DNA of 64,000 nt, taken from the human T2T-CHM13v2.0 reference genome, Homo sapiens. The notes below the pieces were generated by a model. That model was not told where the DNA came from, ran no database searches, and was given only the letters and a program-made list of their open reading frames with translations. The stretch lies in the NCBI RefSeq assembly GCF_009914755.1, contig NC_060934.1, one strand, 5' to 3'. Shown here in pieces: positions 47,010 to 61,139 of this stretch. A program made the translations under genes and the position numbers. Within the stretch, counting starts at the first letter, position 1; each line of letters opens with the position of its first letter.

Positions 47010-47439
47010 CTGGGGAACATGAGCCAAAGTAAATTAGCTGCAGCTCTGAAGAAGAGTAGTGTATTTTATTTGGCATAAAGCTTATGATGGACTTTTTTCA
47101 AAAATAAAAAATAGTCCTAAGCACTTCCTTATTGAAAAGATAGGAAATCAAATGCATGAGAATTTCACAGGAACCTGGTCCATGAGGCAAAGACTTTGGC
47201 ATAAGCCTCGGGAGTCTTGTCACCCACTGTGCCAGGGGTGCTGCTCAGTAACCTACAATGTGGCCTCCCTCAGGGCTGGAAAGGTCAGTGCTCATAGGAG
47301 CCAAGCAGGGGGGTGAGTGAGTGCAGCTGGGCAGGTGTGGAGTGCTTGAGAGAGCCCACACCTGCGCTGAAGCAGGCAGCCAACCCCCCACCCCACACCC
47401 CCCACATCTGCAGCTCGCTGCTGTCACTGTGCAAGATGC

Positions 47440-47615
47440 CAGCCTTACCATGCCACACCATGCAACTTTTCAAAAGAAGTGGCAGTCTGGATTTTATACA
47501 AATTTTCTAACTCTTAAATATTGACCATAAATTCAGAATTAAAAACAAAACACTACATGGGCAACCTAAACATAGCCAAGGGCTGGATTTGGCTTGTCAA
47601 CAGCCGGTTTGCATT
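47440..47615. mobile_element. Probable hAT-Charlie DNA transposon remnant
   Basis: gggctggatttggc...ccggtttgca end resembles MER58/MER102-class termini. Confidence 0.35.
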
Positions 47616-48493
47616 TCTTGTTTTATCTGAACAGATCAATATCTTAGTCTTTGGGCATTTTTCCCAGTGGGTCATTTTCTTTGCCCTGGACCACCCTCCC
47701 CCTACTTTTTCACCAAATAGATTCTAATTCAGATTACTTCTTTACTTGATTAAAAATGAAAATGGTATTAGAAACAGATACACTGAAATGGACAAATAAC
47801 AAAAATGAAATATATTCTCTCACATAGGTGATGCTCACTTTTAAACTGCCTTTATAAATTGGTCTTTGCTTTATAGGCCACCTACTTCCATGGAAGGACA
47901 CGTGAAGACAGATTCCACAGGAAACTGGTGGATTGTGTTTACTGGAAAGGTGCTGAGGATGTCATTTAGTATATTACTCAGTGTTCCCTTTACGAATGAA
48001 AACATTCTGTGCAATTAGTACTAGGAAAGACTGTATTTCATCTCAGAAGCTGGCCTATTTCTATCTTTTGGTTGTACTGCTTGGGGCTGCTGGAAGATGC
48101 ACTCTTACTGGGGAGCCCCACTCTCAGGGTAAGCGTGCAGGGCCTCCTAGCTTGCCCCTTCTGTGCCAGGATGGTGCTTGTTTTACTGTTACTTCTTTAA
48201 TGCTCATGAGTCCAATGAGTGTTATTATGTCTATGGTCTGTTGTGCTAATATTATGATGTCAAATTTGAAATTCTATAAAACAATGTCAAATGCCACATG
48301 CAGATCATGGGTGGTAAGTTACCACTCTGATAGCTACTCTGAAGTGAGCCTCATGGTTCCTACAGAGCAATGTTTAGTGTGGGAAAAGAATACCATCGAG
48401 TAATCTATGAACACAGAATTCCATGGGTTTGCTATAACATGGTGAAGCACATTAAAGAGAGACTACCTTGAAGTTAGTTGAAATCACTTCTTT

Positions 48494-48794
48494 TTTTTTT
48501 TTCTTTTTTGAGACAGAGTCTCACTCTGTTGCCCAGTCTAGAGTGCAGTGGCATGATCTTGGCTTACTGCAACCTCTGCCTCCCAAGTTCAAGTGATTCT
48601 CGTGCCTCAGCCTCCTGAGTAGTTGGAATTACATGCATGCACCACCACGCCCAGCTAATTCTTTTTCGTATTTTTAGTAGAGACAGGTTTCATCATTTTG
48701 GCCAGGCTGGTCTTGAATTCCCGTCCTTAAGTGATCCACCCATCTCGGCCTCCCAAAGTGCTGGGATTACAGGCGTGAGCCACCATGCCCTGCT
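48494..48794 (-). mobile_element. AluS
   Basis: TSD AAATCACTTCTTT at 48481 and 48796. Confidence 0.93.
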
Positions 48795-48861
48795 AAAATC
48801 ACTTCTTTGTATAAACAACGATAGTATCTAAACAACCTCTCCAACATGCGGTACTTTTTAA

Positions 48862-49202
<341 letters not shown>

Positions 49203-49404
49203 ACACTTTATTTTTTAAAACATAATATCCAGTAGTAATGCACCTGTAAGGTTAATGAACGTAGTTCGTAAGTCCTAACAATTTGTGGCCAACTAGAGAC
49301 CGAGTGTATCTTGCCTTTGAAGTAAAGGAAACAAATGTATTCTTGAACTTTCTTCTTTTAAGTAGTCATATTAATTACATATTAATTAATTATAATAACA
49401 ATAA

Positions 49405-49710
49405 GGCCGGGCATGGTGGCTCATGCCTATAAGCCCAACAATTTAGGAGGCCAGCGCAGGAGGATTGCTTGAAGCCAGGAGTTCAAGACCAGCCTGGGCA
49501 AAATAGTGAGGCCCCCGTCTCTACAAAACATTTAAAAATTAGCCAGGCATGATAGCACATTCCTGTAGTCCCAGTTAGTTGGGAGGCTGAGATGGGAGGA
49601 GCACTTGAGTCCAGGATTCAAGGCTGCAGTGAGCTATGATTGCACCACTGTATTCCAGTCTGGGAGACAGAGTGATACTCCAACTCTTAAAAAAATAAAA
49701 AATAAAAAAA
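49405..49710 (+). mobile_element. AluJ
   Basis: ggaggattgcttgaagccaggagttcaag, ggctgcagtgagctatgattgcacc. Confidence 0.9.
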
Positions 49711-49781
49711 GTAGATAAAAACCACCTTTGCCAGTTTATTAAATACTCACAATGGACCTCCTTTGTTCAAAGAATACTTAC

Positions 49782-49880
49782 CACATTGGTGGTGTTTGGT
49801 GAGGCTCCATGATGCATTAGTTGTGATACAATATTTACATGCCCCATGAAGGCAGCAACATGGATTGGGGTAAGGCCCGA
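49782..49880 (-). CDS. ANK3: Ankyrin-G exon (~12), 99 nt, [33 protein letters not shown]
   Basis: CCTTAG|TCG and GTG|GTAAGT; translated by hand (the ORF track shows another frame). Confidence 0.97.
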
Positions 49881-51414
49881 CTAAGGGGAAAAGAAGAAAA
49901 TGGTGGTTTGTTGGCTTAGCATAAAAAAGGTTTGTCTGTGAGCCTGCCTGCCTGTCATCCATCCACCCATCTAAATCAGTTTAATGATCGGATTAGAAGA
50001 CATCAGGACATTCACCATTATGTTACAGATTCTATATGGTAAATATATAAACATATAATCATCGTTTTCCTAAAGCAAATTCTGCTACTATGAAAGACTT
50101 ATGTCATACCTATTAAAAAAGAAAAAGAATTTATTTCATACTTTTAATGTAGATCTTTGAAAAAATTGATAAATAACTTGAAGGTTGTTTTCCCCTTTAC
50201 TAATAAACCTTCCTTATCCATATGTGTGTGTGTAGAAGGAGGAGAGCTGTGATTTCATACATACTAGTAAAAAGTCAACTTTTATTTCAGATCCTATTCT
50301 GGGCTTTAAAGAGGATTCCCATTTATGTCACATATAAAAGAGCAGGGTACCTAACACAAAGCTGTTTCTTTAATAAATGAACAAATCAGCATTAATAGTT
50401 TCAAACATTTAATTGTTTAACTTTATGGGTATTATAAATTAAAGCAATATAAATAAAGCAAATATTACAATGGTCACTAGACTAGACTTGAATTGCTTCA
50501 GATCCTATGCACACATACATATACATAAATGTACATAGACCCCAGAATACTCTTCAGCGTAAAGCAGAATTTATTGATTCCAGGATATTTTATATTGAAT
50601 ATGTCCATGATTGTGAGATTTAGAGTGAATAAGAAAGATAAAAATCTCAAGTCATTAATATTTTAAAGAGTATAATTTACTCGTGCTTTTTATATGAAAT
50701 GATTCCATTTTAAATTTTTCAGTTTAATTTAGCTTACAACATGAACATCATAACTTGATAAAACATTTTTTTTAGTATGTCTAGAAAAAGCTAACCTGTT
50801 TTTTAAAAAAGGGACAGAAGGGGATAATTAATCTCAGCAGAAATTTGAGAAATGTCAAAAATATATGAAAGGAATTCTATACAATCAAAGTGAGGTAAAA
50901 GACAGAAAAGGAATAATTCCGGCTGTCCAGAATTCAAAAAGTGAGAAGAATGGAGGACAATTAGGAAAATGAGAATTTTGTTATAGTCTTGGCACCTTTT
51001 TCCATCAGCAGGGGGAGTAGTTAGAGCTTGTGCAAGGCAAAATCTTGGTCTGAACTGCCTTTTAAAGCTCTTAGGGAACAGAGAGCTGGATTACTGGTTG
51101 ATATCTCTGGACATTTACTCAAACATCAGCCAAGAATTTACTTTTATTTTAGAGCCTATTCTTATCTCTAAGAGGGTTCCTATGCACTGAAAGTAAACTT
51201 TCTATTTTATACTTAAAAATAACAGGTTGCCTAATATGAACCCATAAGCCTGACAATATGGCAAATCAGTATTCATATTGTCAACCATTTAATATTTTAA
51301 AAATTCTAAGTGTAAATCTAGGCAAATATTCCATTTGCAGGCAAGAAACTGAAGCCAAGCAACAATCACTAGACTAGACTTTAATGTTTATGTTTGCTTC
51401 AAATCCTATAGTTA

Positions 51415-51900
51415 AGCATCAGGCATTCAACAAAACTTTACTGAATGATCTGTGTATGGGCCAGACAGTGTGGGTATATGAAGACCAGTCAGACTCAGCC
51501 CTGCTTCCAAGGAGCCTTCAGCCTCTGGGGTTCTTGGGGGTGCCACTGAGTCATAAGTCAGAGAGCTAGATAAGGGCTTTGATGGAAATATGCACACGAT
51601 GAGGTGATGGTTCCTAGAAGGAACATGTAGTCCAGGCTGGGGAGTGAGCGGGGGTTTCCTGAAGAAGGTGGCCCAGATCTGGTTCTAAAGGACGTGCAGG
51701 ATTTGCCTGGCCAAGGGGGTGTGACACACAGAGGCAGAGACATACGGAGGCAAACAAGAGAGTGTCTAGTCTATGGAAGTGCCAAGGGTTAGAATTAGAA
51801 TTAACAGAGATCAATCAGAGTGCTAGGATGTAGTGAGGTGGAGGTTGGGGGTCTGGGACAAGTCTGAAAGGGTAGGTGTCAGGCTTGGTTTGCTTTGTAG
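51415..51900 (-). mobile_element. L2 fragment
   Basis: cattcaacaaaactttactgaatg...ggtttcctgaagaaggtggc L2 antisense motifs. Confidence 0.6.
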
Positions 51901-52065
51901 AAGGCACAGCCCTGATTCTGATGGATCATTTCTCTGAGTTCTGAGTTGGTTCCTATGAGAGAAACTTAGATCTAATACTTTACTAACCTCAGCAGCTGTT
52001 TCATTAATTTTGAGTTTTAAGACAGAGTAATCCTTACTTGAGAAAAGCACCAAGGTCGTCTTGTG

Positions 52066-52278
52066 CAGGGTTTCTCAACCTCAGCACATTTGACATTTCA
52101 AATCAGACGACTTTTTGTTGCGGGAGACTGTCCTGTATACTGTAAACTGTTTAGTAGCATCCTTGGCCTTGACCCACTAGAGACCAGTAGTACTATCCAG
52201 TTGTGACAACTAAAAGTACCTCCAGACATGACTAAATGCCCCTTGGGGGACAAAACTGCACCCACTAGAGAAGTACTA
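52066..52278 (+). mobile_element. MER20 (hAT-Charlie)
   Basis: cagggtttctcaacctcagcac...gttgtgacaactaaaagtacctccagacat...ggggggacaaaa-like end. Confidence 0.88.
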
Positions 52279-52571
52279 CAGTATAGGATTTGATATAAAT
52301 TATGCTTTCTGTGAAGGTGCCCTTCCCCTTAAGCATGTGTTTTAGGTTACATTTCTTGACATGGTGATACATTTGCATCAAACTCACCCACCAACATGTT
52401 TGTCTGCTTCTCCTAGGGACTGGCAGCCCTCTTCCTAAAGAGTTCAGAATGCAGTCTATGGCCATGATATGCAAACAAACTAGCTGGTCCCTGGAGATGG
52501 CCCTGGGGCTCTGGCTGCTAAGGCTATACTCTCAGTATCTCAGGACTCCCAGAAATCTTAACTCTTCTCAC

Positions 52572-52670
52572 CTCGGTTACAGCTTGGATGGATGCACCGT
52601 GTTTCAGAAGGAGTTCCATTACTTTAATTCGATTCTTCTTGCAGGCGATATGAAGAGGGGTAAAGCCATT
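52572..52670 (-). CDS. ANK3: Ankyrin-G exon (~11), 99 nt, [33 protein letters not shown]
   Basis: TTGCAG|AAT and GAG|GTGAGA; one ankyrin repeat. Confidence 0.97.
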
Positions 52671-52951
52671 CTGCAAGGGACAAATACATATACCTGCTTG
52701 ACTACATTCCATCAAAATCCAGTTTCACTGTGTGCAGTAAATAGTTTTGCTAAAATGATGTGTGGTAAATTGAAATGAACAGAAAGTACCAGGGTTAAGC
52801 AGCATGTAGATTCTATTCTAGAAGTAGTCCAGCTGCCCTGGGAACCCAAGGTACCCTGATAATTGTGAACAGGAAGTGAATTTTTATTACACTCTCCTGG
52901 TTAGCTGAGGTAAAAATGATCATTCATTTCATTATTTTATTTTGGAATTCA

Positions 52952-53295
<344 letters not shown>

Positions 53296-54815
53296 TCAAA
53301 TACAGACTGAAAACGTCTGGCCCCAACATTTGTCCTCACAGCTCCACTTCACCAAGGTTTATTCTGTTCTCTTTGCTGTGTTTTAGGACAACTACAAGAC
53401 CAGCTCTAAAACGTTTTGATTTCTTCTCTAGCTTTATGCTTCAAGTAGGTGTTTACTCCAAGGATGCAGAAATGTAAATAACCCATTATTTGAATCATTT
53501 TGTTTACTATTTAATCTAATAAAAGAATCTGCTTTTTAATAAATTATGTCCTAAGTTGTCCTGCCTGCCGATTGAGACTGTGGCACGTATTTCAGCTGCC
53601 AGTGGAGAACTATAAAATACCAGAGTCCACTGTAAAAGCTTAGGTCAAAGTCACTGCAGGTGCTTTCACCGAGGCTTCTCAGACCATTTGGCCACAGTCC
53701 ATCCCAGGATGACTGGCTACAACCTCCATATGTTGTGAAATCTTCAGAGTCAGAGGAAAATGAGAGTGGGAGCCCACGCCCTGTTTTAGGACTTATTTTT
53801 TTCTTGTATGGAAAAAAGAGTCATGACTGCTAATTTCCTTTCCTCCCTTCTCAGAATTCAGACACATTTGATAGACTGGGTGGGTCAACAGACTGATCTT
53901 GAAATGCTGCTTTGGTAAAAGGTTTTAGAATTATAGTGGCAAGGAGGTGTCTGGGGTCTGGAGAGTTTCTCTTTCGTCATTCTTTCCTGTCCACTCTGAA
54001 TTTTAGAGCCCACAGAGTACAAGAGGTGGTACGGATCTATCCAGACAGGATGACCGCACTCTTTGGAAAGGGGCAAAAACCCTTCCTAAAAGGGTCAATT
54101 GGATGATGACAACCTTTACCTCAAAATTGCTAGTAAACTCACATGTTTTCCCTAAAATTGGGTGACTTATTTTTTCCTAAACTTGGGTACTTATTCTGAA
54201 ATAGACAGCTTACTAATTTGGGACCATTTATTTTTGCAAAGACAACAAGTACCATCTTGCTGAGAAAACCAAAGTACAGCATAGCTAAAGGTTAAAAGAA
54301 CAAATTAAAGTGAAGCCTATAAACTGGACCAAAATTCTGATTGGCAAACGGAAACAGAAGATTACAGGCAATATTTCATTAACTTACAAGGTTAAGATAT
54401 ATAAAATTTTAGCTCACAAATTCCTAGACCACTTATGTTTCAAATAGAGTTTTTTGATAACTTTGCCTTGTTTTCAGATCTCAGAATAAACTTTTAATTC
54501 ACAGAATTATAAGTTTATCCACAATAAGACGACGTTGGCCACCTTAGTCTTTTTATAATTGTATAGTCTTTGGGTTCATACGGGAATCACTTATGTGACC
54601 ATAAAAACATTAACAGTTTGGCTCCCTCAGCCTTTCTCATGTCAGAAATAGAAAATTTTGTAGACTTTCCTGAAGGATATTTGAAAAAATTGACAAGAAG
54701 TACACTTTAACTAGCACCTTCTATTTTAACCTCCTCAAAGCATTCCCTTCACATACAGAGGCAGCACGTTGTGAGCAAGACAACTGAGGCTGGACTCGCT
54801 GGTTGAGCCACTCAC

Positions 54816-55013
54816 CAGGGCTTTGGCATTGGGGTTAGCTTTCTTATCCAAGAGAACCTTGGCAACTTTGTAATGGCCACAGTGGGCAGCCACGTGTAGG
54901 GCAGTCAGGTAGTCATTGGTGACATCATCCACGGGTACATTATGCTGGAGGAGAAGCTGGACGCAGTTTAAATGATCCCCTTGTGTGGCCATGTGCAATG
55001 GAGATAATCCATT
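54816..55013 (-). CDS. ANK3: Ankyrin-G exon (~10), 198 nt, [14 protein letters not shown]...KANPNAKAL
   Basis: TTCCAG|AAT and CTG|GTGAGT; two ankyrin repeats, visible in ORF 54735..55022. Confidence 0.97.
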
Positions 55014-55297
55014 CTGGAACACATAAAGAAATCAGAGTTCATTCTTTTACCTTTTAAACACAAATGTGCAGAACACAAAGTGCAAATATAAACAGATAAA
55101 AACTCCAGTTCTTCACATGAAAATACCTTCTATTTGTAAAAGCTTTTGACAACTATTTTGAACTACAGCTATTTTTAAAACTGGTCCTCCCAACTGCTTA
55201 TGCCAGTCAATAACAAGTTGTCAAGGATAATGTCTTTTCCCAATTTAATAGAAGTGAGAATTGCAGCATGGGTCATAACTTAGAGGCATATGAATTT

Positions 55298-55436
55298 TAC
55301 TTTTCTTTTTCTTTTAAATAGAGATGGGGTTTCACTCTGTTGCTCAGCTGGTCTCAAACTCCTGGCCTGAAGCGATCCTCCTGCCTTAGCTTTTCAAAGC
55401 ACTGGGATTATAGGTATGAGCCACTGTAATTTGGCC
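55298..55436 (-). mobile_element. FLAM / Alu left monomer
   Basis: gagatggggtttcactctgttgc...gggattataggtatgagccactg. Confidence 0.82.
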
Positions 55437-56864
55437 AGATAGGAATTCTTAATATTTAAGACTAAAAGAAAAAATGAAGGTAAGAACAGTGGTATTCATT
55501 GGACTGGTATTAATTTTGTCCTTAGAGATTACTAACACCCAATATTGAAGACTATACTGATTTGACTTTAAAAAAGGTCTGAATGTAACGCATTTCATCT
55601 CACATCAAAGAAGAAAGGAAAACTTTTCCCTTTTCTATCAATCTGGTGCCCCCATGTGTCTATGATGAGGAAAGGCAAGGCATTGACAAAGCCACTAACT
55701 AATGCTTGACTTGTTAGTTTAAATCAACTGGGTTCAATAACACAGTTAATCACGTGCAGTAGGAGCGAGTTGAAAATTCATTTAAAGAGCAGAGAGAATA
55801 AATAAATAGGGTCAAAGGTAAATAAAACCTAGAATGACACTGGCACTCAATATGTTTCCTAATGAAGGCAAAACAAGCTATGAAGATGTCAGTCCTTTCT
55901 TTTAACTATGATGGCGAAGTGGGGGAGCCTGGGAAATTCCTAGAGAATTCAATTATCAAGAGAGGCTCTATCAATTATTGTAACATAATTTAACATATAT
56001 TAGGGAAAAGTAATTTGACAGCAAATTCAGTTTCTAAAAAAATTGTCATCAATGAATTTTGACAATGACAGATCAAATATGTACCAAGGAACCAGAGGTT
56101 TCTGAATCCTCTGAGCCAAGTTATTTGCTCTGAATTTATCAATGGATGACACAAAGAAGGAGTTCAAGATAAGAAAAAGTAGTATAAGCTCCTTGTTAAC
56201 CATTCTAACGGCATTATCCACTCTCTGACATATATTTCAACTATTTGTGTTCCGTGAAGGCAAGAGGTACATGGTTATTATTTTTTCATTGCCCAGAAGA
56301 GAGCTTTGCATATACAGAAAGAGCTCAGCAAATATCTAGGTCAATTTAAAGGCCTCGTACACTGTCAGCCCATCAGGATATTTCTGCCTAAAAAATTTCC
56401 CTCAAATATTTTAAACCGTAGAAATTAAGGTGCAGGAAAAGGTAGGAACATTTCCCATTTGAGATACTGCTACCCACGAGCATATGGACTGCTTTATTCC
56501 TGCCAAAATATTCTTTTGCTTTATGTTTTGATACAGTCTTAGAGGAAAACATGAAGTAAACAAGTGAACAAACAAAAAAATCCCACAAAATCTGAGAGAA
56601 CAAGTAATAGTGGAGAGTAAAAATGGGAGGCAGTGTCAATAAAAAAAAATTCTCTAGCAATGCAAAAACACAATGATTGTGTGGATGGGAAACTTAAAGA
56701 TAATTGGAGAAGGACAAGAAAACAGTAAAGAAAAGATCATCTGCCCTATGGAAAGAGGTGGTATTACATATGGTGCCTGAAAATATGGAACCAATGTGAT
56801 GGGCTTTCTTAGCTCAGTAAGATGAAATTCTTGAAGAACGGGTCAGATGGCCTTAAGGCTAGGA

Positions 56865-57340
56865 ATGTACTCATTCACTTAATAGTCATTCAACAAATAT
56901 TTACTGAAGCCCTACTGTGTTCTGCGCATGAAAATAGGTGCTTGTGGGTATTGCACTCAACAAGGAAAAGTTCTTGCTTTCATTCTATTGAAGAGAACCA
57001 GACAGCAAGCAAGTAAACAAGCATATAATTTCAAGATGGTGTTAAAAGCTCTAAAGAAAATAAAATATGGCCAGATGGCACTGGCAGGAGGTGGTGAAGA
57101 TGGGAGGGGTAAATCGTGAGAAAACGCCTGTCTATGAGGAAGACATTTGAGTTGAAGAATATACGGGGACCACAGAGATCTGGAACAAGCTGAGGGAACT
57201 CAAACCAAGCAAACAGGAAATGAGAACAAAGGCGTATTCTAGGAAGTAAAAGAAGGCTGGTTAGCTAAAAGATGGCAAGGAAGGAGCAAAACCGGAGGAG
57301 ATGAGGAAGAGAGGTGGTCAGAATCTGTTAAGAAGTCTAT
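56865..57340 (-). mobile_element. L2 fragment
   Basis: cattcaacaaatatttactgaagccctactgtgttc L2 tail; gaggaagacatttgagttga. Confidence 0.7.
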
Positions 57341-57626
57341 CCTCAGTGCAGAGGGAGACTTCTGATCAAACACAGCAGGTGTAATAGATATATGTATCCT
57401 TCCTCTCCCAAAACTCCACCAAAAAGCAGTAATGGATTTAAAGGGTAAAATCTAGAAGGGCACACATGTGTGTTTCCTTTTCCATTCCCACACACACAAT
57501 GGGGAAGAAATAAAAAACCAGATGAGGGTTGTCTCCAAACTTCAGAATATGAAAAGAGGATTTGAGTATGGTAATTCATCCAGCTGAAGAGAGAGGCTGA
57601 AACCTAAGTGTCTGAAGCAGTAGAAT

Positions 57627-57831
57627 CAGTGCTGTGCTGACAAATGTTTTAACACCCAACTCCTGGAAAAAGAAAAGCCCCAGTGTGTAGCACTACCCAA
57701 TTTCCATGCTGTAAATCCCCCCACAATAACCCATTTCAAGCCGTCCATCTGATGTTACTGAATGGGGAATTGGAAAGAGATGTACACAACCAGCTCATGA
57801 GCCGATACAATCAGGATCCAGCACACTGCTG
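57627..57831 (+). mobile_element. MER63A-like hAT MITE
   Basis: Terminal inverted repeats cagtgctgtgctg...cagcacactgctg; internal aatttccatgctgtaaat and ttggaaagagatgtacacaa. Confidence 0.8.
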
Positions 57832-58144
57832 GGAATAAAAAGACAAGCTGATTTGCCTCTCAAATCCCAAAAAGGCAAAGGCTGTGGAAGCGTAGTACCT
57901 CAGAAGATAAAGTGAGACTTGGGGCTGCAAATAAGATTGGTTCAAAGACTGTGTATGGAGCCGTCAGGTCTCCAGGCCCTTCCCAACTCAGCAAAGTCAG
58001 GTAACTGCCTCCTGCTAGCCTGAAGGACACCAGAATTAGTGTCTGGAGAAGGTGAACTAGAGAGATTCAGACTCAAGGGCCCAGGCAGAACAGAGGGCAG
58101 TGACGAGGATCTGGACCAAGAATAGGTGATCACAGAAAAAGGAA

Positions 58145-58400
58145 GGAGAATGGAGGCGTTAAGGATGTGGTCTCTGGAGTTGGGCTGCTTGGGTTCAAAT
58201 CCTTGTTCTGCCACTAATTGGGATATTTTGAGAAAGCTACTTTACCTCTTTGGGTTTCAGTTTCCTCATCTATGAAAAGGGAATAACAGTAATACCAGTA
58301 TCTCATTTAACGAGGATTAAATGAGTTAATATGTGTAAAGAACATAGAGCCTGATAAGCAGTAATCACTATGTAAAATATTGCTTATCATTATTATGATT
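58145..58400 (+). mobile_element. MIR
   Basis: ttgggttcaaatccttgttctgccactaa...tcagtttcctcatctatgaaaaggg. Confidence 0.85.
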
Positions 58401-58999
58401 AAAGTATGCATAAAGCACAAGACTGGCAGCCTCTTTCCCCTACTCAGAATGTATTCACACATGTGTGCACTGCAAAGGTTGGTGGATTTGTCTCTCAAAA
58501 AACTATACCGCCTAAGGTAAAGGGAACCTAATTGTGACATTAAAGAGCCCCTCTTAACCACTGCCACCTGATCAGCACTGCCTACACTCTTTAGAGCTGC
58601 CACTCACATGTTTGTGCCTGACACAATTAGGTACAGCCATTGTGGGAAGCCTTCATTGTAAAATACAGAGCCAAAAAAAAAAAAAAAAAAAAGGAAAAAA
58701 AGGAAATCTGAGGAATTAGGGACATTTGGGAAACAGAAAAACTAAATTAAAAGAAAAGTTATCTCAAATGTTCTCAGAAAGGTAACAGAAAAAAATGTAC
58801 CCATTAAACAAGAACAGGATACTTTAAGAAAAGAAGCTATCTGATAACAAGAAAATGTTCTTGAAAATTAAAAGATTGGAAGAAAAAAATTAAGAAGATT
58901 TCTCAGAAAAAATCCAAAGCAATGAGATGAATAGGAGAAAAAATATGAGCAACTCTCTGATTTTTAACATTGGTCCTTACTGCTCTGAGAAAATGAAAA

Positions 59000-59275
59000 T
59001 CAATTTGAAAGAGAACAATGGGGATTAATGGGAGGGTTTTTAAGCAGGAGGCTGACATGATTTGGATGACAGTTTATATGGCCACTCTGACTGCAAAGTG
59101 GGAACTGATTTGTAAAGGAGCAAAAAGGGAAATGGGGGACCAACAGGAAGCTACTACAGTGGTTAGGTGAGAGATGATAATGTGGCTTAGAAGATAGCAG
59201 TGGAGGGGGAAAGAAAATAGATATGGGGTATGTAAAAGGAAAAGAACAAATAGAATCATCAAGATAAGAAACACT
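59000..59275 (-). mobile_element. L2 fragment
   Basis: ggagggttttaagcaggaggctgacatgatttgg...ggtgagagatgataatgtggcttag. Confidence 0.75.
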
Positions 59276-60190
59276 CAAAAGGCCAAGATGTCATCATATA
59301 CAATGAAAACATCATGGCTGTTTAATTCTGTTAGACAATACCCTCAACAGCTCACCAATCTAAACCCTACGTTTTAAATGAGTGATGGAATTGTCCAGAC
59401 CATCTCAACCCTGTCTAGCCTTCCTAATATTGTTGAGGAAACACTGACCAGAGTGAAGACAGAAATAATATGTGCTTTTGTTGCTTTGATAATGTTTAGA
59501 GATTAAAGCTCTTAGTAAAGCTTAGTATCATTTCCAAAAAAATCACTGGTTTAATTAATAAAAGTAGTAGTGACAATGAGGTGGTTTACATGTCTCAAAA
59601 TTTATTTGCAAATATTCTCCTCTTCAAATGATGTCAAATGGTTTTACTATTAAAAAAAAGTCTAAAAGAGAGTCAACCATTAATTTTTTTCAGGCAATCA
59701 TCATGTGTTCCTTTCAGCTATGTCAACATTCCCAAAAGCCCAATCAAGGTGCAGTCTTTCCAAAGTTTCCAGTCTTTATCAGCTAAGTGATATCCTTGAC
59801 CTCCTTAAAAGTCTATGAACTCTCAAGAAGTAAGCTGAGGTGCTGAAGATAGCCGGCACCCAAACGTTAGAGAGTGTAGAACTTTAGTCTTTCTTAACCT
59901 GACAAGCAATTATTTCTGAGCTATGAAAATTTCACAGAGTAAAATCAAGCAGTAAGCATTCCTGAAACACAACAAAAACCACACACACACAAACAACTTT
60001 GTGGTATAGCACATTCTACATAAAATCTTAATTAGCCCAAACTTATTCTGAGGTTCTATAAAGATCTGGTGAACATAACTACTCTGACTGCTACATTGAA
60101 AATGTCATTTTCTATGTGATTCAAAAGGCTAGATCATATAACCATCAAAATAAATACAGTCCAATGTCCAGAAACCTGAAAAGAAATTAC

Positions 60191-60289
60191 CTTGGTTTTT
60201 GAAAGAATGGGGGCAGCTCGATCAAGCAACATTTCTACCACCTGCTCGTGGCCACTCCTTGCTCCACAGTGCAGTGGTGTCAGACCATC
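60191..60289 (-). CDS. ANK3: Ankyrin-G exon (~exon 9), 99 nt, DGLTPLHCGARSGHEQVVEMLLDRAAPILSKTK
   Basis: CAACAG|GAT acceptor and AAG|GTAATT donor; one 33-aa ankyrin repeat matching the recalled ANK3 sequence. Confidence 0.97.
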
Positions 60290-61139
60290 CTGTTGAACAA
60301 AGGAAACATCACCAATTAAATTTGACAATAAATTCTATGAGTGCAGTGTACTTCTTCAAGATCCAGCATGGCACCCAACATGCTGTGGTCAAGCGGGCTT
60401 CAAACATTTGCTCATTTATTTCATAAAATAATTCCTTATTTTAGGTTGAAAACTACATTTTTTCATAAGTTTAAGTAGCTGCAAAGTATGTAATTTCCCA
60501 CAAGTTTGAATATTGACGTTTAAATATATAACTTTTCCACTAGTCTTTTGAATAGCCAATAAAATCTAAGTACTACAAGTAATTTGATGCTCACCATTAA
60601 CAAAAACACACGAATAAACTCTAAAATAGAAATTTGTAATAGAAATTCTACATTGGTTCTTTTTCCATTCCATTTCCCCTACATAATTTTATCTTAATGT
60701 AATTTTATGCTTGAAGGTTTTTTATTGATTACTACATATTTCTCTGCCATGAAATTATATAAGTTTAAATTTAAGAAAGGTTGAAATATTTCCTGACAAT
60801 ACATTCCTCTAAGTGTAAAAAACAAATCACCTGACTGGATTATTATAATTATTTGAATATAACCAATCAAAACAGCAAAAATATATAAAAAGTTTTGTGA
60901 CCATTCCACAAAAACAATGTATTAAAAATTTCTCTTTTAATTAGATATGCTTTTTTCACGACTAGTTTATGTATCTGCTAATGAAGATTAGTTATTGCTA
61001 GAATAAGACAGGGTTCAGCATCAATATTAGCCCTGATTTTTGCTTTTATACATATTAGTGCTGAGAAACCTTGTTCATGTAGACTGTTGTAGTAGAGTTA
61101 CGAATTCTCTGAATTCCATGTGAAAAATTACTTAATGAT

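Noticed and set aside
54146-54235. Degenerate ~25-bp repeat (ttttcctaaaa.ttgggt.acttatt)
   Set aside because: Old low-identity tandem duplication in AT-rich intron with no functional clue
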